Source: Octopus sinensis (Eukaryota). From it: a DNA stretch of 64,000 bases. Position 1 is the stretch's first letter, and the number at the start of each line of letters is the position of its first letter. Of this stretch, positions 1-14,600 are shown one piece after another. The notes under the pieces are model-generated. The model worked only from the letters and a program-made list of their open reading frames with translations. It ran no database searches and had not been told where the DNA came from. The position numbers were made by a program, and so were the translations under genes. Location of the stretch: contig NC_043024.1 in assembly GCF_006345805.1 (NCBI RefSeq), positions 14,508,001 through 14,572,000 on the forward strand, written 5' to 3'.

Positions 1-186
1 CATATACACACACACATATATACAACGGGCTTCTTTCAGTTTCCATCTACCAAATCCACTCACAAGGCTTTGGTCAGCCCAAGGCTATAGTAGAAGACAC
101 TTGCCCAAGGTGACACACAGTGGGACTGAACCCGGAACCATGTGGTTTGTAAGCAAGCTACTTACCACACAGCCACTCCTACACCT
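1..186 (-). mobile_element. tRNA-derived SINE family A, 5' half (window edge)
   Basis: Reverse complement of ggagtggctgtgtggtaagtagcttgc...gggttcagtccc...ccttgggcaagtgtcttc. Confidence 0.85.
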
Positions 187-296
187 AATTAAATCTTCTA
201 TAAGACTTAAAGCGTAAATCTAAAGCATTGAATTTTTCTACGAATGTTAGCAGTGTAAAATAGTTTATAATAAAATGGTTTGCTTCCCCTTTTCAG

Positions 297-332
297 TTAC
301 AAAAAAGATTAAATCACCTGTGTCTTCAGAAG
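297..332 (+). CDS. Micro-exon 36 nt, (V)[11 protein letters not shown]
   Basis: cttcccctttTCAG acceptor, AG|gtaagt donor, phase 1-1; unique sequence in the window. Confidence 0.6.
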
Positions 333-2513
333 GTAAGTAAATTTAACACTACAATTATTATAACAAAGGTCTTCACTGTTTATATTTATCTATTCTATCA
401 TATATAGTGAAGGCGCATGGCCCAGTGGTTAGAGCATCGAACTTACAATCGTGAGGTTGTGAGCTCGAATCCCCGACCGGGCTGCGTGTTGTGTTCTTGA
501 GCAAGACACTTTATTTCATGTTGCTCCAGTTCACTTAGCTGTAGAAATGAGTTGCGATGTCACAGGTGCCAAGCTGTATCAGTCTTTGCCTTTCTGTTGG
601 TGTGGAGAGGGGAGGCGGCTATGCATGAGCGACTGCTGGTCTTCCCTAAACAACCTTGCCAGGGCTTGTGCCTCGGAGGGTAACTTTCTAGGTATAACCC
701 CATGGTTTGTGTCATGACCGAAGGGGGTCTCAGAATTCTGTCATAGAATTTTAACTATTTTTTTAAGAAGATTTGTAGCTGTGTGGTAAAAAGATTGCTT
801 CTCAACCATGTGGTTCCAGGTTTAATAATAATCAACTTTATGGGACAAATATATAAAAGTTTAACAATAAAAAAAACTTATTATTTAGTTTGATTTTACA
901 TTAAACGCTCTTAAAGTTTTACTTTACAAATCAGGAAAAAAATCTCTCAATAAATATAAATTCGATTTTTTAAAAACTTTCATTCATCATTATCATCATC
1001 ATCATCGTTTAATGTCCGCTTTCCATGCTAGCATGCGTTGGACAATTTGATTGAGGACTGGCGAACCAGATGGCTGCACCAGGCTCCAATCTGATCTGGC
1101 AGAGTTCCTACAGCTGCATGCCCTTCCTAATGCCAACCACTCTGAGAGTGTAGTGGGCGATTTGACATGCCACCGGCACGAGGGCCAGTCAATCAGTACT
1201 GGCAACAGCCACGCTCACATGGTACTTTTTCTGTGCCACTTGCACAGGAGGCAGTCCAGTGGCACGGACAACAACTTCCTTTGAATGTTTTTTCACATGC
1301 CACCAGGACAAGTGCTAGAAAGGCAACACAGGTGACAATCACACTCGATTGGTGCTTTGTCCATGCTACCGGCACGGAGGCCAGCTTGTTGCTCTGGCAA
1401 CAATCTCACTCATATGGTACTCTTAGCGCTCCACTAGCACGGATGCCAGTCATCGAATTTGATTTCGATTTTGATATTATTTATTAATCAAATCTTCTCC
1501 AAGATTAAAGTATATACATGCCATATATTGAAGAACCCTATTAGCTATTAACGATACAAAAATGATATATAATACATATGAATTGCCATTTTCTTGCAGG
1601 ACCAGCTGTTACTCCATCAGGCAAGTACAATTCTACTGTTTGTTTAGTTATTAAAATGAAAGTATTTGAGGTGGTGAGCTGGCAGAATCGTTAGCATGCT
1701 GGACAAAATGCTTAGTGGTATTTCATCTATCGTTCTGTTCTGAGTTCAAATTCCGCTAAGGTCAACTTTACTTTTCATTCTTTTGGGGTCGATGAAATAA
1801 GTACCAGTTGAATACTGCATTGACACCCACATTTCAGTACCATGTAGCATACATGTTTATACAATAAGATTGATAGCATATGATAGAGGAATTCAAATCT
1901 AACATCTGTAATGTACATGACATTGACAATCAAATAAATACTATGCTTGCTCATATTTCTTTGCTTTTGTTTTTCTTTTTCATTCAACATATTATATAAT
2001 CTCATTCATTTCTTTCATTTGAACAGTTTTTTATTTTTTTGTCATTTTCTTCATTTCTGTTTTTTGTACATTTGTTTTACATGTGACTTTCATTTGTACA
2101 TTATACATGGATGTTTTTATAATTTTCTAACATAGTATATTATGTGATACATGATAATATAAGTAATGTACATCTGATATGGTACTACAGTGAGTAACTG
2201 GTATTTATCATCAGTACACATCTCACACTGGTATGTAAGTTTTAATATCAATATATGTAAGTCTAATGATGAAAACATTATCAGTCACACATACATAGTT
2301 TATATGTTTACTTTATAAACACCCAGTGTCATGTAAAGAGTTTCCTCAGGACACTATCCTGCAGCAAGTTGGTATATAAACAAACAACATACACTGTGTA
2401 TGTGCATCTGATGATATATATATGTGGATATATACTGCAAACACTCTATTCATTTTAAAAAAAAACAGTAGTACTTGGGAAATATTGGTGAATGTATGTA
2501 TGTATGTAACTAT

Positions 2514-2609
<96 letters not shown>

Positions 2610-5600
2610 AGCTGTCTGTCTGTCTGTTTGTCTCCCAAATGTTTTGAAAATATTTCTGAAATGCAGCCAAATATTCGATCTTTTTTTTTTTAAATTATGA
2701 ACAAATCTTTTTTGAAATTTTTTTCATACATTGAATTTTATGAACAGAAAAGTCATATTCAACTTTATGGGATTTATATATTTAGAAGTTTAGCAGTAAA
2801 AAAAAATGTTTAATATTTAGTTTGATTTTACATTAAACAATCCTAAAGTTTTGCTTTACACATCTGGAAAAACTCTCTCAATATAAATTCGTTTTCATTT
2901 TTAAAACTTCATTATTTATTATCAAATGTTCTCTAACATGCTATATATTGAAGAACCCTATAGCTATTAACGATACCAAAATGATATATAATACAAAATA
3001 AATTGCCATTTTCTTGCAGGGCCAGCTGTTACTCCATCAGGTAAGTACAATTCTACTGTTTGTTTAGTTATTAAAATGAAAGTGTTTAAGGTGGTGAGCT
3101 GGCAGAATCGTTAGCATGCAGGATAAAATGCTTAGTGGTATTTCATCAATTGCTACGTTCTGAGTTCAAATTCCGCTAAGGTCAACTTTACCTTTCATCC
3201 TTTTAGGGTCGATAAAATAAGTACCAGTTGAATACTGCATTGAGGCCCTCATTTCACTACCATGTAGCATACATGTTTATACAATAAGATGTTAGTTTCA
3301 CAAGACTTCTCTCTTGCATCTTACAACTCTTTTTTCCTATGGCTAATTTTTCTCTCAGAACATTTGCACTTTGTCATACATGCACACTAACGTTGCACAT
3401 ACATTAGAGTTTGTGCCAATGCTATCAAACCATCCAATGTGCTCTGCATTCAGGCCCACATCTCACTACCATGTAGCATACATATTTATACCCTAGGATG
3501 ATACTTTCAGCGAGAGGAAATGAAAGCAAAACTGTAATGTAATAGATAACATGGACAATCAAGAAATATATGCATTGTTCATAAGATGACCATCGGTTAG
3601 TTTGTCTTTTCTCACTCAACATATTACATAGAATGACAAACATCTTTTAAACTTTGAATATGTCAGCAGTTAATCCATTCATAATACATTTACTGTTACA
3701 CTTAAACAGAGATATTTTTAGTTTAAGCATTCAATGTAATTTTCCACATTTACTGAAATATTTTCATTAGATGGTAATTTGTTTTTCTAACACAGCATAA
3801 ATGTTATGTGATTGGAGGTAAATGGATATTTATGCTTTGATTTCAGAGGTAACTGGTACTATACGCCCTCACACTGGTATGTAAGTTTTAATATCAATAT
3901 ACGAAATGTCTTTATATTCTAAATATATATATATATACTGATTATAACTACAATGGACCATATTCTTCAACATGGAAGTAGTGGCAAAATTTTGGTTTCT
4001 ACTTTGGTTGTTTTCATTTTGTTTATGTTGAATTCATCTGTGAAGACAAAATAATCATCATATCAGGATCCTTTGAATTCTCTTGGCAGGATTTTTGCCA
4101 ATTTATGTCTACAGCAGTTGACAAATAATAACAAAAAAGGAAGTGAAGTAGAATCAGTACACGTGCTTTTATATTGTGAAACAACGCTCAAGAGATCCAA
4201 CACCATCTTGTTACACATTCTTTTCCACATCATGAATCTTGTGAAACTTAAATAGCATAAAAAATATCAGATGGTTTTGAAGAAAAATTAGAAGAATTTT
4301 AGCATTTCATTTTTATAGGGTGGAAAGATATTGTATGTAAAATGAAAAAGCACCAATTTTCAGCAGCACATATTCTAATTCTAAAAAATAATTTTTATAA
4401 TTCTCTTTCAGTTACATATTCTACAATCTCACCCATGCTAATTTATACCTTCTCTTATTGTCAGTCTGTCTGTCTCTCTCCCAAACAATTTGAAAATAGT
4501 TCTGAAATGCAGCCAAATATTCAATCGTATTTTTTTCTGAATTATAAACAAAACTTTTGTGAAATTTTTTTCATAGACTGAATTTTATGAACAGATGTCA
4601 TATTCAATTTTATGGGACATATATATTTAAAAGTTTAACAATAAAAAAATGTTTAATATTTAGTTTGATTTTACATTAAGCAATCCTAACGTTTTGCTTT
4701 TCAAATCTGGAAAAAGTCTGTCAATAAATATAAATTCGTTTTCATTTTTAAACTTTCATTATTTATTAATCAAATATTCTCCAACACCTTATACATTGAA
4801 GAACCATATTAGCTGTTAACGATACAGAAATGATATATAATTCAAAATAAATTGCCATTTTTTTTGCAGGACCAATTGTAACTAGCATAGCTGTTACTCC
4901 ATCAGGTAAGGACAATTCTACTGTTTGTTTAGTTATTAAAATGAAAGTATTTAGGGTGTTGAGCTGGCAGAATCGTTAGCATGCTGGGTGAAATGCTTAC
5001 CGGTATTTCGTCTGCCATTACGTTCTGAGTTCAAATTCCGCCGAGGTTGACTTTGCCTTTCATTCTTTTGGGGTTGATAAAATAAGTACTAGTTACGCAC
5101 TGGGGTCGATATACGACTTATTCCATTTGTCGGTGTTTGTCCTCTCTGTATTTAGCCACTTGTGGATAGTAAATAAATAGGTATTTCATCTATCTCTACG
5201 TTCTGAGTTCAAATTCCGCTAAGGTCAACTTTACCTTTCATCCTTTTGCGGTCGATAAAATAAGTACCAGTTGAATGTTGGATTGAGTCCCACATTTCAC
5301 TACCATGTAGCATACATGTTTATGCAATAAGCTGATGGTTTCACATGACCAAACTATCACATCACATCACATTACCAAACTATCAAAGTCTTCTCTCTTG
5401 CATCTTATAACTCCTTCCTCCTATGGCTAATTTTTCTCTCAGAACATTTGCACTTTGTCATACATGCACACTAACGTTGCACATACATAAGAGCCTGTTC
5501 CAATCCTATTAAACCATCCAATGTGCTCTGCATTCAGGCCCACATCTCACTACCATGTAGCATACATGTTTATACACTAGGATGATACTTTCAGATAAAA

Positions 5601-8600
5601 GAATTAAAAGCAAAACTGTAACGTAATAGATAACACGGACAATCAAGAAATATATGCATTGCTCATAAGATGACCATCGGTCAGTTTGTCTTTTCTCACT
5701 CGTCAGCAGTTAATTCATTCATAATACATTTACTGTTACATTTAAACAGAGATGTTTTTAGTTTAAGCATTCAATGTAATTTTCCACATTTACTGAAATA
5801 TTTTCTTTTAGATGGTAATTTGTTTTTCTGACACGACATAAATGTTATGTGATTGGAAGTAAATGGCTATTTATGCTTTGATTACAGAGGTAACTGGTAC
5901 TATACACCCTCACACTGGTATGTAAGTTTTAATATCAATATATGAAATGTCTTTATATTCTAAATATATATATTATATACTGATTATAACTACAATGGAA
6001 AACATTCTACAACATTTTTAAACCTTCATTATAAACCTTCATAATATTCTCCAACATGCTATATATTGAAGAACCCTTTTAGCTATTAATGAGACAAAAA
6101 TGATATATAATACATATAAATTGCCATTTTCTTGCAGGACCAGCTGTTACTCCATCAGGTAAGGACAATTCTACTGTTTGTTTCATTATTAAAATGAAAG
6201 TATTTAAGGTGATGAGCTGGTAGAATCATTAGAACACCGGACGATATGCTTGGCGGTATTTAATCTATCACTATGTACAGAGTTCAAATTCTGCTAAGGT
6301 CAACTTTACATTTCATCATTTCGGTGTCGATAAAATATGTACAAGTTGAAAAAATGTGTCGATGTGATCAACTCATCCCCTCCCACCAAAAATTACTTCT
6401 CTTGTGGCAAAAGTTGAAACCATTATTATGAAAGTATTACTGAATGTAATTCGTTATTCTATGACAGAATGTTTAGCTTAATCACAAATGCTTTGAAATA
6501 ATTATTGGTTGCTTATGAAGCTATTTCTCATCAGAAACCTTTAACCCTGCTGAGTTCACTTGTCCTGTAATGCTTATAAATAGAGTTGAAATTAAACTGA
6601 GTGACTGGTTTATTGTGTAAAAATAACAAAAGGACAGTAAACATAATTCTATATGAAATACTGTATGTATAATTAATTTGAGAGAGATGAGAGCAAAAGT
6701 CACTCAGTAATGTGTGGCTGCCACGCGGATAACATGGATTCCTGAACGAAGTGTAGGCATTGCTCAAAAGCTATCAGTTTGTCTTTTTTCACCCAACTTA
6801 TTAGCTATAATGATTAATATCATTTAAATTTGATTATGCTAGGAGTTAATTCAACATCATCATTATTTAATGTCCATGTTCCATGCTGGCATCAGTTGGA
6901 TAGGTTGACAGCATTCAATGAGTTCAAAAACTGTACTGTGATCCAGTGTCTACTTTGGTCTGGTTCCTACAGCTGCATTTCCTTTCCAAATACCAACCAT
7001 CTTGCAGTGTGTACTCAATGCTTTTTGTACTCTCGTGCTATATTGAGGTCATCATTCAGCTCAGAAGACTACAAAACACTGGTGGAGGGAGTCAGCTTTA
7101 TGTTGGTAACAAGTTGAGTGAGAAAAGACAACAAACAGTCCATGAGTAATACATATATTTCTTGCAGAAAATGTTCTGTATTGCAAGACTAGCAGCATAG
7201 CCCGGCGTTGCCTGGGTATGTAAGAGCCCCTAGTAGGCAACGACTAATCCCAATCTAGTCCTTTCCCTCTAGGGAATGAAGGCGCATGTGTAGGTTGCAA
7301 TGTCTTCTCTTCACTCGAATACTTCTGTGTATACGATGTTCCTAGCTGTCCCTTTGGGCGATAAAAAGGTCGAGTTGTGTCCCCAAGACAGAAAATGTGT
7401 TGCATATAAAAAGCTTAGATTCTCGACCCCATGTCGAATTTATCAATTTTTTTCAGAACTGGGGAAACTTTTAAAATTATAGCTGCGTTAGTTTTGAATT
7501 ATGACATTGGGCTATGTGTGTGTCAAGTTTCATCAGAATCGGTTGAAAGCCGTGGTCAGGGTGAGGGTACAACCTGACAGACACACAGACAGACAAACTG
7601 CCATTTATATATAGAGAGATTTTATGTGGAGCAGATGAGATGATATGGAGGCAGCTAGCAACTATAAAATAGTAGGGTAGAGCTAAAGAGTGCTCCCCAA
7701 TGAGTTACGAGGTGGGAATGGACACGGGGATGCAGGAGGAAGTGGGTGAGATGAAAGCAGGAGGCTGATAATAATACTGATGTTCATGGGAAAACAAGAG
7801 AGATGACAAGATGAGGAAGACTGTAAGAATGGGAGAAGAGGTAGGAATTGAGTATTTAGTTTGCTTCTCTTGGGGTGAGAGGAATCAATGTAAAATATGG
7901 GTGGAGAGCACAATGTACCCAGCACTTCCAGAACTCAGTTTTGCTGATATGGACGGGTCTTCTTGAGAACCTCCTGTTGTCACACATCCTTGTGCTTTTT
8001 CATTTCCTCTGTGAGGTTTAACATCTTGATATCAACCCTCACCATGTCATCTCACACTTTACTGGTTCTCCTTCTTCAACAAGTTTCATCCATTTTGATG
8101 ATTTAAAATTCTTTATACAGCTGTCCACACACATCACATGACCAAACTATCACATGACCAAGCTATCAAAGTCTTCTCTCTTGCATCTTACAACTCCTTT
8201 ATTCTACGGATAATTTTTCTCTCAAACATTTGCACTTTGTCATACATGCACACTAATTTTGCACATACATTAGAGCTTATTCCAATCCTATCAAACCACC
8301 CCACATGCTCTGCATTCTGGCCCACACCTCACTACCATGTAGCATACATGTTTTTACATTTGGAGGATAGTTTCAGATAGAGGAATTGAAAGCAAAACTG
8401 TAATGTAATAGATAACATGGACAATCAAGAAATATATGCATTGCTCATAAGATGACCATCGGTCAGTTTGTCTTTTCTCACTTAACATTTTATGTATAAT
8501 GACTAACATCATTTAAACTTTAAATATGTCAGCAGATAATCCATTCATAATCCATTTACTGTTACATTTAAACAGAGATATTTTTATTTTAAGCATTCAA

Positions 8601-11600
8601 TGTAATTTTCCACATTTACTGAAATATTTTCATTAGATGGTAATTTGTTTTTCTAACACGACATAAATGTTATGTGATTGGAAGTAAATGGCTATTTATG
8701 CTTTGATTTCAGAGGTAACTGGTACTATACACCCTCACACTGGTACGTAAGATTTACTATATTTACATGTATATATGTTAATATCTATCTATCTATCTCC
8801 CAAACAATTTGAAAATATTTCTGAAATGCAGCGAAATATTTGATCTTTTTTTTTTTTAATTATAAACAACATTTCCTTGAAATTATTTTTAAACACTGAA
8901 TTTTATGAACAGAAGTAGTATTCAACTTTATGGGACATATATATTTACTAGTTTAACAATAAAAAAATATTTCATTTTTAGTTTGATTTTACATTAAACA
9001 ATCCTGAAGTTGCTTTGGAAATCTGGAAAAAGTCTGTCGATAAATACAAATTCGTTTTTATTTCTAAACCTTCATTATTTATTAATTAAATATTCTCCAA
9101 CATGTTATATATTGAAGAACCCTATTAGCTATTAACAATACAAAAATGATATTTAATAAAAAATAAATTGCCATTCTGTTGCAGGACCAAGTATATCTAG
9201 CATAGCTGTTTCTCCATCAGGTAAGTACAATTCTACTGTTTGTTTAATTATTAAAATGAAAGTATTTGAGGTGGTGAGCTGGCAGAATCGTTAGTATGCT
9301 GGACAAAATGCTTAGTGGTATTTCATCTATCGTTCTGTTCTGAGTTCAAATTCCGCTAAGGTCGACTTTACTTTTCATTCTTTTGGGGACGATAAAATAA
9401 GTACCAGTTGAATACTGCATTCCCACATTTAACTGCCATGTAGCATACATGTTTATACAATAAGGTGATGGTTTCACATGATCAAACTATCACATGACCA
9501 AGCAATCAAAGTCTTCCCTCTTGCATCTTACAACTCCTTCCTCCTATGGATAATTTTTCTCTCACATCATTTGCACTTTGTCATACATGCACACTAATTT
9601 TGCACATACATTAAAGCTTGTTCCAATCCTATCAAACCATCCCACGTGCTCTACAGTCAGGCCCACATCTCACTACCATGTAGCATACATGTTTTCACAT
9701 TTGGAGGATAGTTTCAGATAGAGGAATTGAAAGCAAAACTGTAATGTAATAGATAACATGGACAATCAAGAAATATATGCATTGCTCATAAGATGACCAT
9801 CGGTCAGTTTGTCTTTTCTCACTCAACATATTACATATAATGACTAATATCATTTAAACTTTGAATATGTCAGCAGATAATCCATTCATAATACATTTAC
9901 TGTTACACTTAAACAGAGATGTTTTTAGTTTAAGCATTAAACGTAATTTTCCACATTTACTGAAATATTTTCATTAGATGGTACTTTGTTTTTCTGACAC
10001 AGCATAAATGTTATGTGATTGGAGGTAAATGGATATTTATGCTTTGATTACAGAGGTAACTGGTACTATACCCCCTCACACTGGTATGTAAGTTTTAATA
10101 TCAATATATGAAATGTTTCTATATTCTAAATATATACATATATACTACAATGGACCATATTCTTCAACATGAAAGTAGTGGCAAAATCTTGGTTTTTACT
10201 TTGGTTGTTTTCATTTTCTTTATGTTGAATTCATCTGTGAAGACAAAATGCTCATCATATCATGATCCTTTGAATTCTCTTGGCAGAAAATAATATTCTT
10301 TTCTCCTACGAGAAAACGATATTCTTTGGTTTATTCCAAAATCATGCACAGCTACCTGTGATTTCATTGTGCTTTTAGCCAAAATGGAGATAAGCACCAA
10401 CATCCCATGTGGCAGGCTAGATGGTCGCTGAGATTGCTCTCAGCCTGAAATTCATGGTAGCCTTGTCGACTTACAAATAAAGAATATTTATCTACCAATG
10501 CAGTGTTGAGCAATCATTCCTACAGTTTAATATTAGCATATACGTAATTTCAAAGTGAAAGCAGCTCTAATGATGAAAACATTATCAGTCAAACAGACAT
10601 AGTTTATATATATTTTCTTTATCAACACCCAGTGTCATGTAAAGGACAACACCCAGTGTCTGCAGGACACTATCCTGCAGACAGTTGGTATATGAACAAA
10701 CAACATACACTGTGTATATGCAACTGATAATATATATATATATATGGATATATACTGCAAACACTCTATTCATTTCAAATTAAATAGTAGAAGAATTTTA
10801 GCATTTCATTTTTATAGGGTGGAAAGATATTGTATGTAAACGAAAAAGCACCAATTTTCAATAGTACATATTCTATTTCTGAAAAATAATTTTCAGAATT
10901 CTCTTTCAGTTACATATTCTACATTCTCAGCCATGCTAAATTATACCTTTTCTGTCTGTCTATATGTATGTATACATCTATCTATCTATCTATCTGTCTT
11001 TCTTTCTTTCTATCTCCCAAACAATTTCAAAATATATCTGAAATGCAGCCAAAGATTCAGTCTTTTTTTTTTATTATTATAATCAAAACTTTTTTGAATT
11101 GTTTCATACACTGAATTTTATGAACAGAAGTCAGATTCAACATTATGGGACATATATATTTAGAAGTTTATCAATAAAAATAAATATTTAATATTTAGTT
11201 TGATTTTACATTAAGCAATCCTAAAATTTTGCTTTACAAATCTGGTTAAAGTCTGTCAATAAATATAAATTCGTTTTCATTTTTAGACCTTCATTATTTA
11301 TTAATTAAATATTCTCCAACATGCTATATATTGAAGAACCCTATTAGCTATTAACAATACAAAAATGATATTTAATAAAAAATAAATTGCCATTCTGTTG
11401 CAGGACCAAGTGTATCTAGCATAGCTGTTTCTCCATCAGGTAAGTACAATTCTACTGTTTGTTTAGTTATTAAAAGGAAAGTATTTGAGGTGGTGAGCTG
11501 GTAGAATCGTTAGTATGCTGGACAAAATGCTTAGTGGTATTTCATCTATCGTTTGTTCTGAGTTCAAATTCCGCTAAGGTCAACTTTACTTTTCATCCTT

Positions 11601-14600
11601 TTGGGGACGATAAAATAAGTACCAGTTGAATACTGCAGGCCCACATTTAACTGCCATGTAGCATACATGTTTATACAATAAGGTGATGGTTTCACATGAT
11701 CAAACTATCACATGACCAAGCAATCAAAGTCTTCCCTCTTGCATCTTACAACTCCTTCCTCCTATGGATAATTTTCTCTCACACATCATTTGCACTTTGT
11801 CATACATGCACACTAATTTTGCACATACATTAAAGCTTGTTCCAATCCTATCAAACCATCCCACGTGCTCTACATAGTCAGGCCCACATCTCACTACCAT
11901 GTAGCATACATGTTTCATCACATTTGGAGGTTAGTTCAGATAGAGGAATTGAAAGCAAAACTGTAATGTAATAGATAACATGGACAATCAAGAAATATAT
12001 GCATTGCTCATAAGATGACCATCGGTCAGTTTGTCTTTTCTCACTCAACATGTTACCTGTAATGACTAATATCATTTAAACTTTGAATATGTCAGCAGAT
12101 AATCCATTCATAATACATTTACTATTACACTTAAACAGAGATGTTTTTAGTTTAAGCATTCAATGTAATTTTCCACATTTACTGAAATATTTTCATTAGA
12201 TGGTAATTTGTTTTTCTGACACAGCATAAATGTTATGTGATTGGAAGTAAATGGCTATTTATGCTTTGATTACAGAGGTAACTGGTACTATACCCCCTCA
12301 CACTGGTACGTAAGTTTTAATATCAATATATGAAATGTCTTTATATTCTAAATATATATATATATACTACAATGGACCATATTCTTCAACATGAAAGTAG
12401 TGGCCAAATCTTGGTTTTTACTTTGGTTGTTTTCATTTTCTTTATGTTGAATTCATCTGTGAAGACAAAATGCTCATCATATCATGATCCTTTGAATTCT
12501 CTTGGCAGAAAATAATATTCTTTTCTCCTACGAGAAAACGATATTCTTTGGTTTATTCCAAAATCATGCACAGCTACCTGTGATTTCATTGTGCTTTTAG
12601 CCAAAATGGAGATAAGCACCAACATCCCTGTGGCAGGCTAGATGGTCGCTGAGATTGCTCTCAGCCTGAAATTCATGGTAGCCTTGTCGACTTACAAATA
12701 AAGATATTTATCTACCAATGCAGTGTTGAGCAATCATTCCTACAGTTTAATATTAGCATATACGTAATTTCAAAGTGAAAGCAGCTCTAATGATGAAAAC
12801 ATATCAGTCAAACAGACATAGTTTATATATATTTTCTTTATCAACACCCAGTGTCATGTAAAGGACAACACCCAGTGTCTGCAGGACACTATCCTGCAGA
12901 CAGTTGGTATATGAACAACACACATACACTGTGTATATGCAACTGATAATATATATATATATATGGATATATACTGCAAACACTCTATTCATTTCAAATT
13001 AAATAGTAGAAGAATTTTAGCATTTCATTTTTATAGGGTGGAAAGATATTGTATGTTAAACGAAAAAGCACCAATTTTCAATAGTACATATTCTATTTCT
13101 GAAACTATTTTCAGAATTCTCTTTCAGTTACATATTCTACATTCTCAGCCATGCTAAATTATACCTTTTCTGTCTGTCTCTCTGTCTGTCTATATGTATG
13201 TATACATCTATCTATCTATCTATCTGTCTTTCTTTCTTTCTATCTCCCAAACAATTTCAAAATATATCTGAAATGCAGCCAAAGATTCAGTCTTTTTTTT
13301 TTATTATTATAATCAAAACTTTTTTGAATTGTTTCATACACTGAATTTTATGAACAGAAGTCAGATTCAACTTTATGGGACATATATATTTAGAAGTTTA
13401 TCAATAAAAATAAATATTTAATATTTAGTTTGATTTTACATTAAGCAATCCTAAAATTTTGTCTTTACAAATCTGGTTAAAGTCTGTCAATAAATATAAA
13501 TTCGTTTTCATTTTTAGACCTTCATTATTTATTAATTAAATATTCTCCAACATGCTATATATTGAAGAACCCTATTAGCTATTAACAATACAAAAATGAT
13601 ATTTAATAAAAAATAAATTGCCATTCTGTTGCAGGACCAAGTGTATCTAGCATAGCTGTTTCTCCATCAGGTAAGTACAATTCTACTGTTTGTTTAGTTA
13701 TTAAAAGGAAAGTATTTGAGGTGGTGAGCTGGTAGAATCGTTAGTATGCTGGACAAAATGCTTAGTGGTATTTCATCTATCGTTCTGTTCTGAGTTCAAA
13801 TTCCGCTAAGGTCAACTTTACTTTTCATCCTTTTGGGGACGATAAAATAAGTTCCAGTTGAATACTGCAGGCCCACATTTAACTGCCATGTAGCATACAT
13901 GTTTATACAATAAGGTGATGGTTTCACATGATCAAACTATCACATGACCAAGCAATCAAAGTCTTCCCTCTTGCATCTTACAACTCCTTCCTCCTATGGA
14001 TAATTTTTCTCTCACATCATTTGCACTTTGTCATACATGCACACTAATTTTGCACATACATTAAGCTTGTTCCAATCCTATCAAACCATCCCACGTGCTC
14101 TACAGTCAGGCCCACATCTCACTACCATGTAGCATACATGTTTGTCATTTGGAGGATAGTTTCAGATAGAGGAATTGAAAGCAAAACTGTAATGTAATAG
14201 ATAACATGGACAATCAAGAAATATATGCATTGCTCATAAGATGACCATCGGTCAGTTTGTCTTTTCTCACTCAACATGTTACCTGTAATGACTAATATCA
14301 TTTAAACTTTGAATATGTCAGCAGTTAATCCATTCATAATCCATTTACTCTTACATTTAAACAGAGATGTTTTTAGTTTAAGCATTCAATGTAATTTTCC
14401 ACATTTACTGAAATATTTTCATTAGATGGTAATTTGTTCTTCTAACACGACTTAAATGTTATGTGATTGGAAGTAAATGGATATTTATGCTTTGATTACA
14501 GAGGTAACTGGTACCATACGCCCTCACACTGGTACGTAAGTTTTAATATCAATATATGAAATGTCTTTATATTCAAAATATATATATATATACTGATTAT

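Noticed and set aside
407-480. tRNA gene (also similar heads at 37966, 59328 and the array SINEs)
   Set aside because: A/B boxes are present but continue into SINE bodies; no complete cloverleaf could be built by eye
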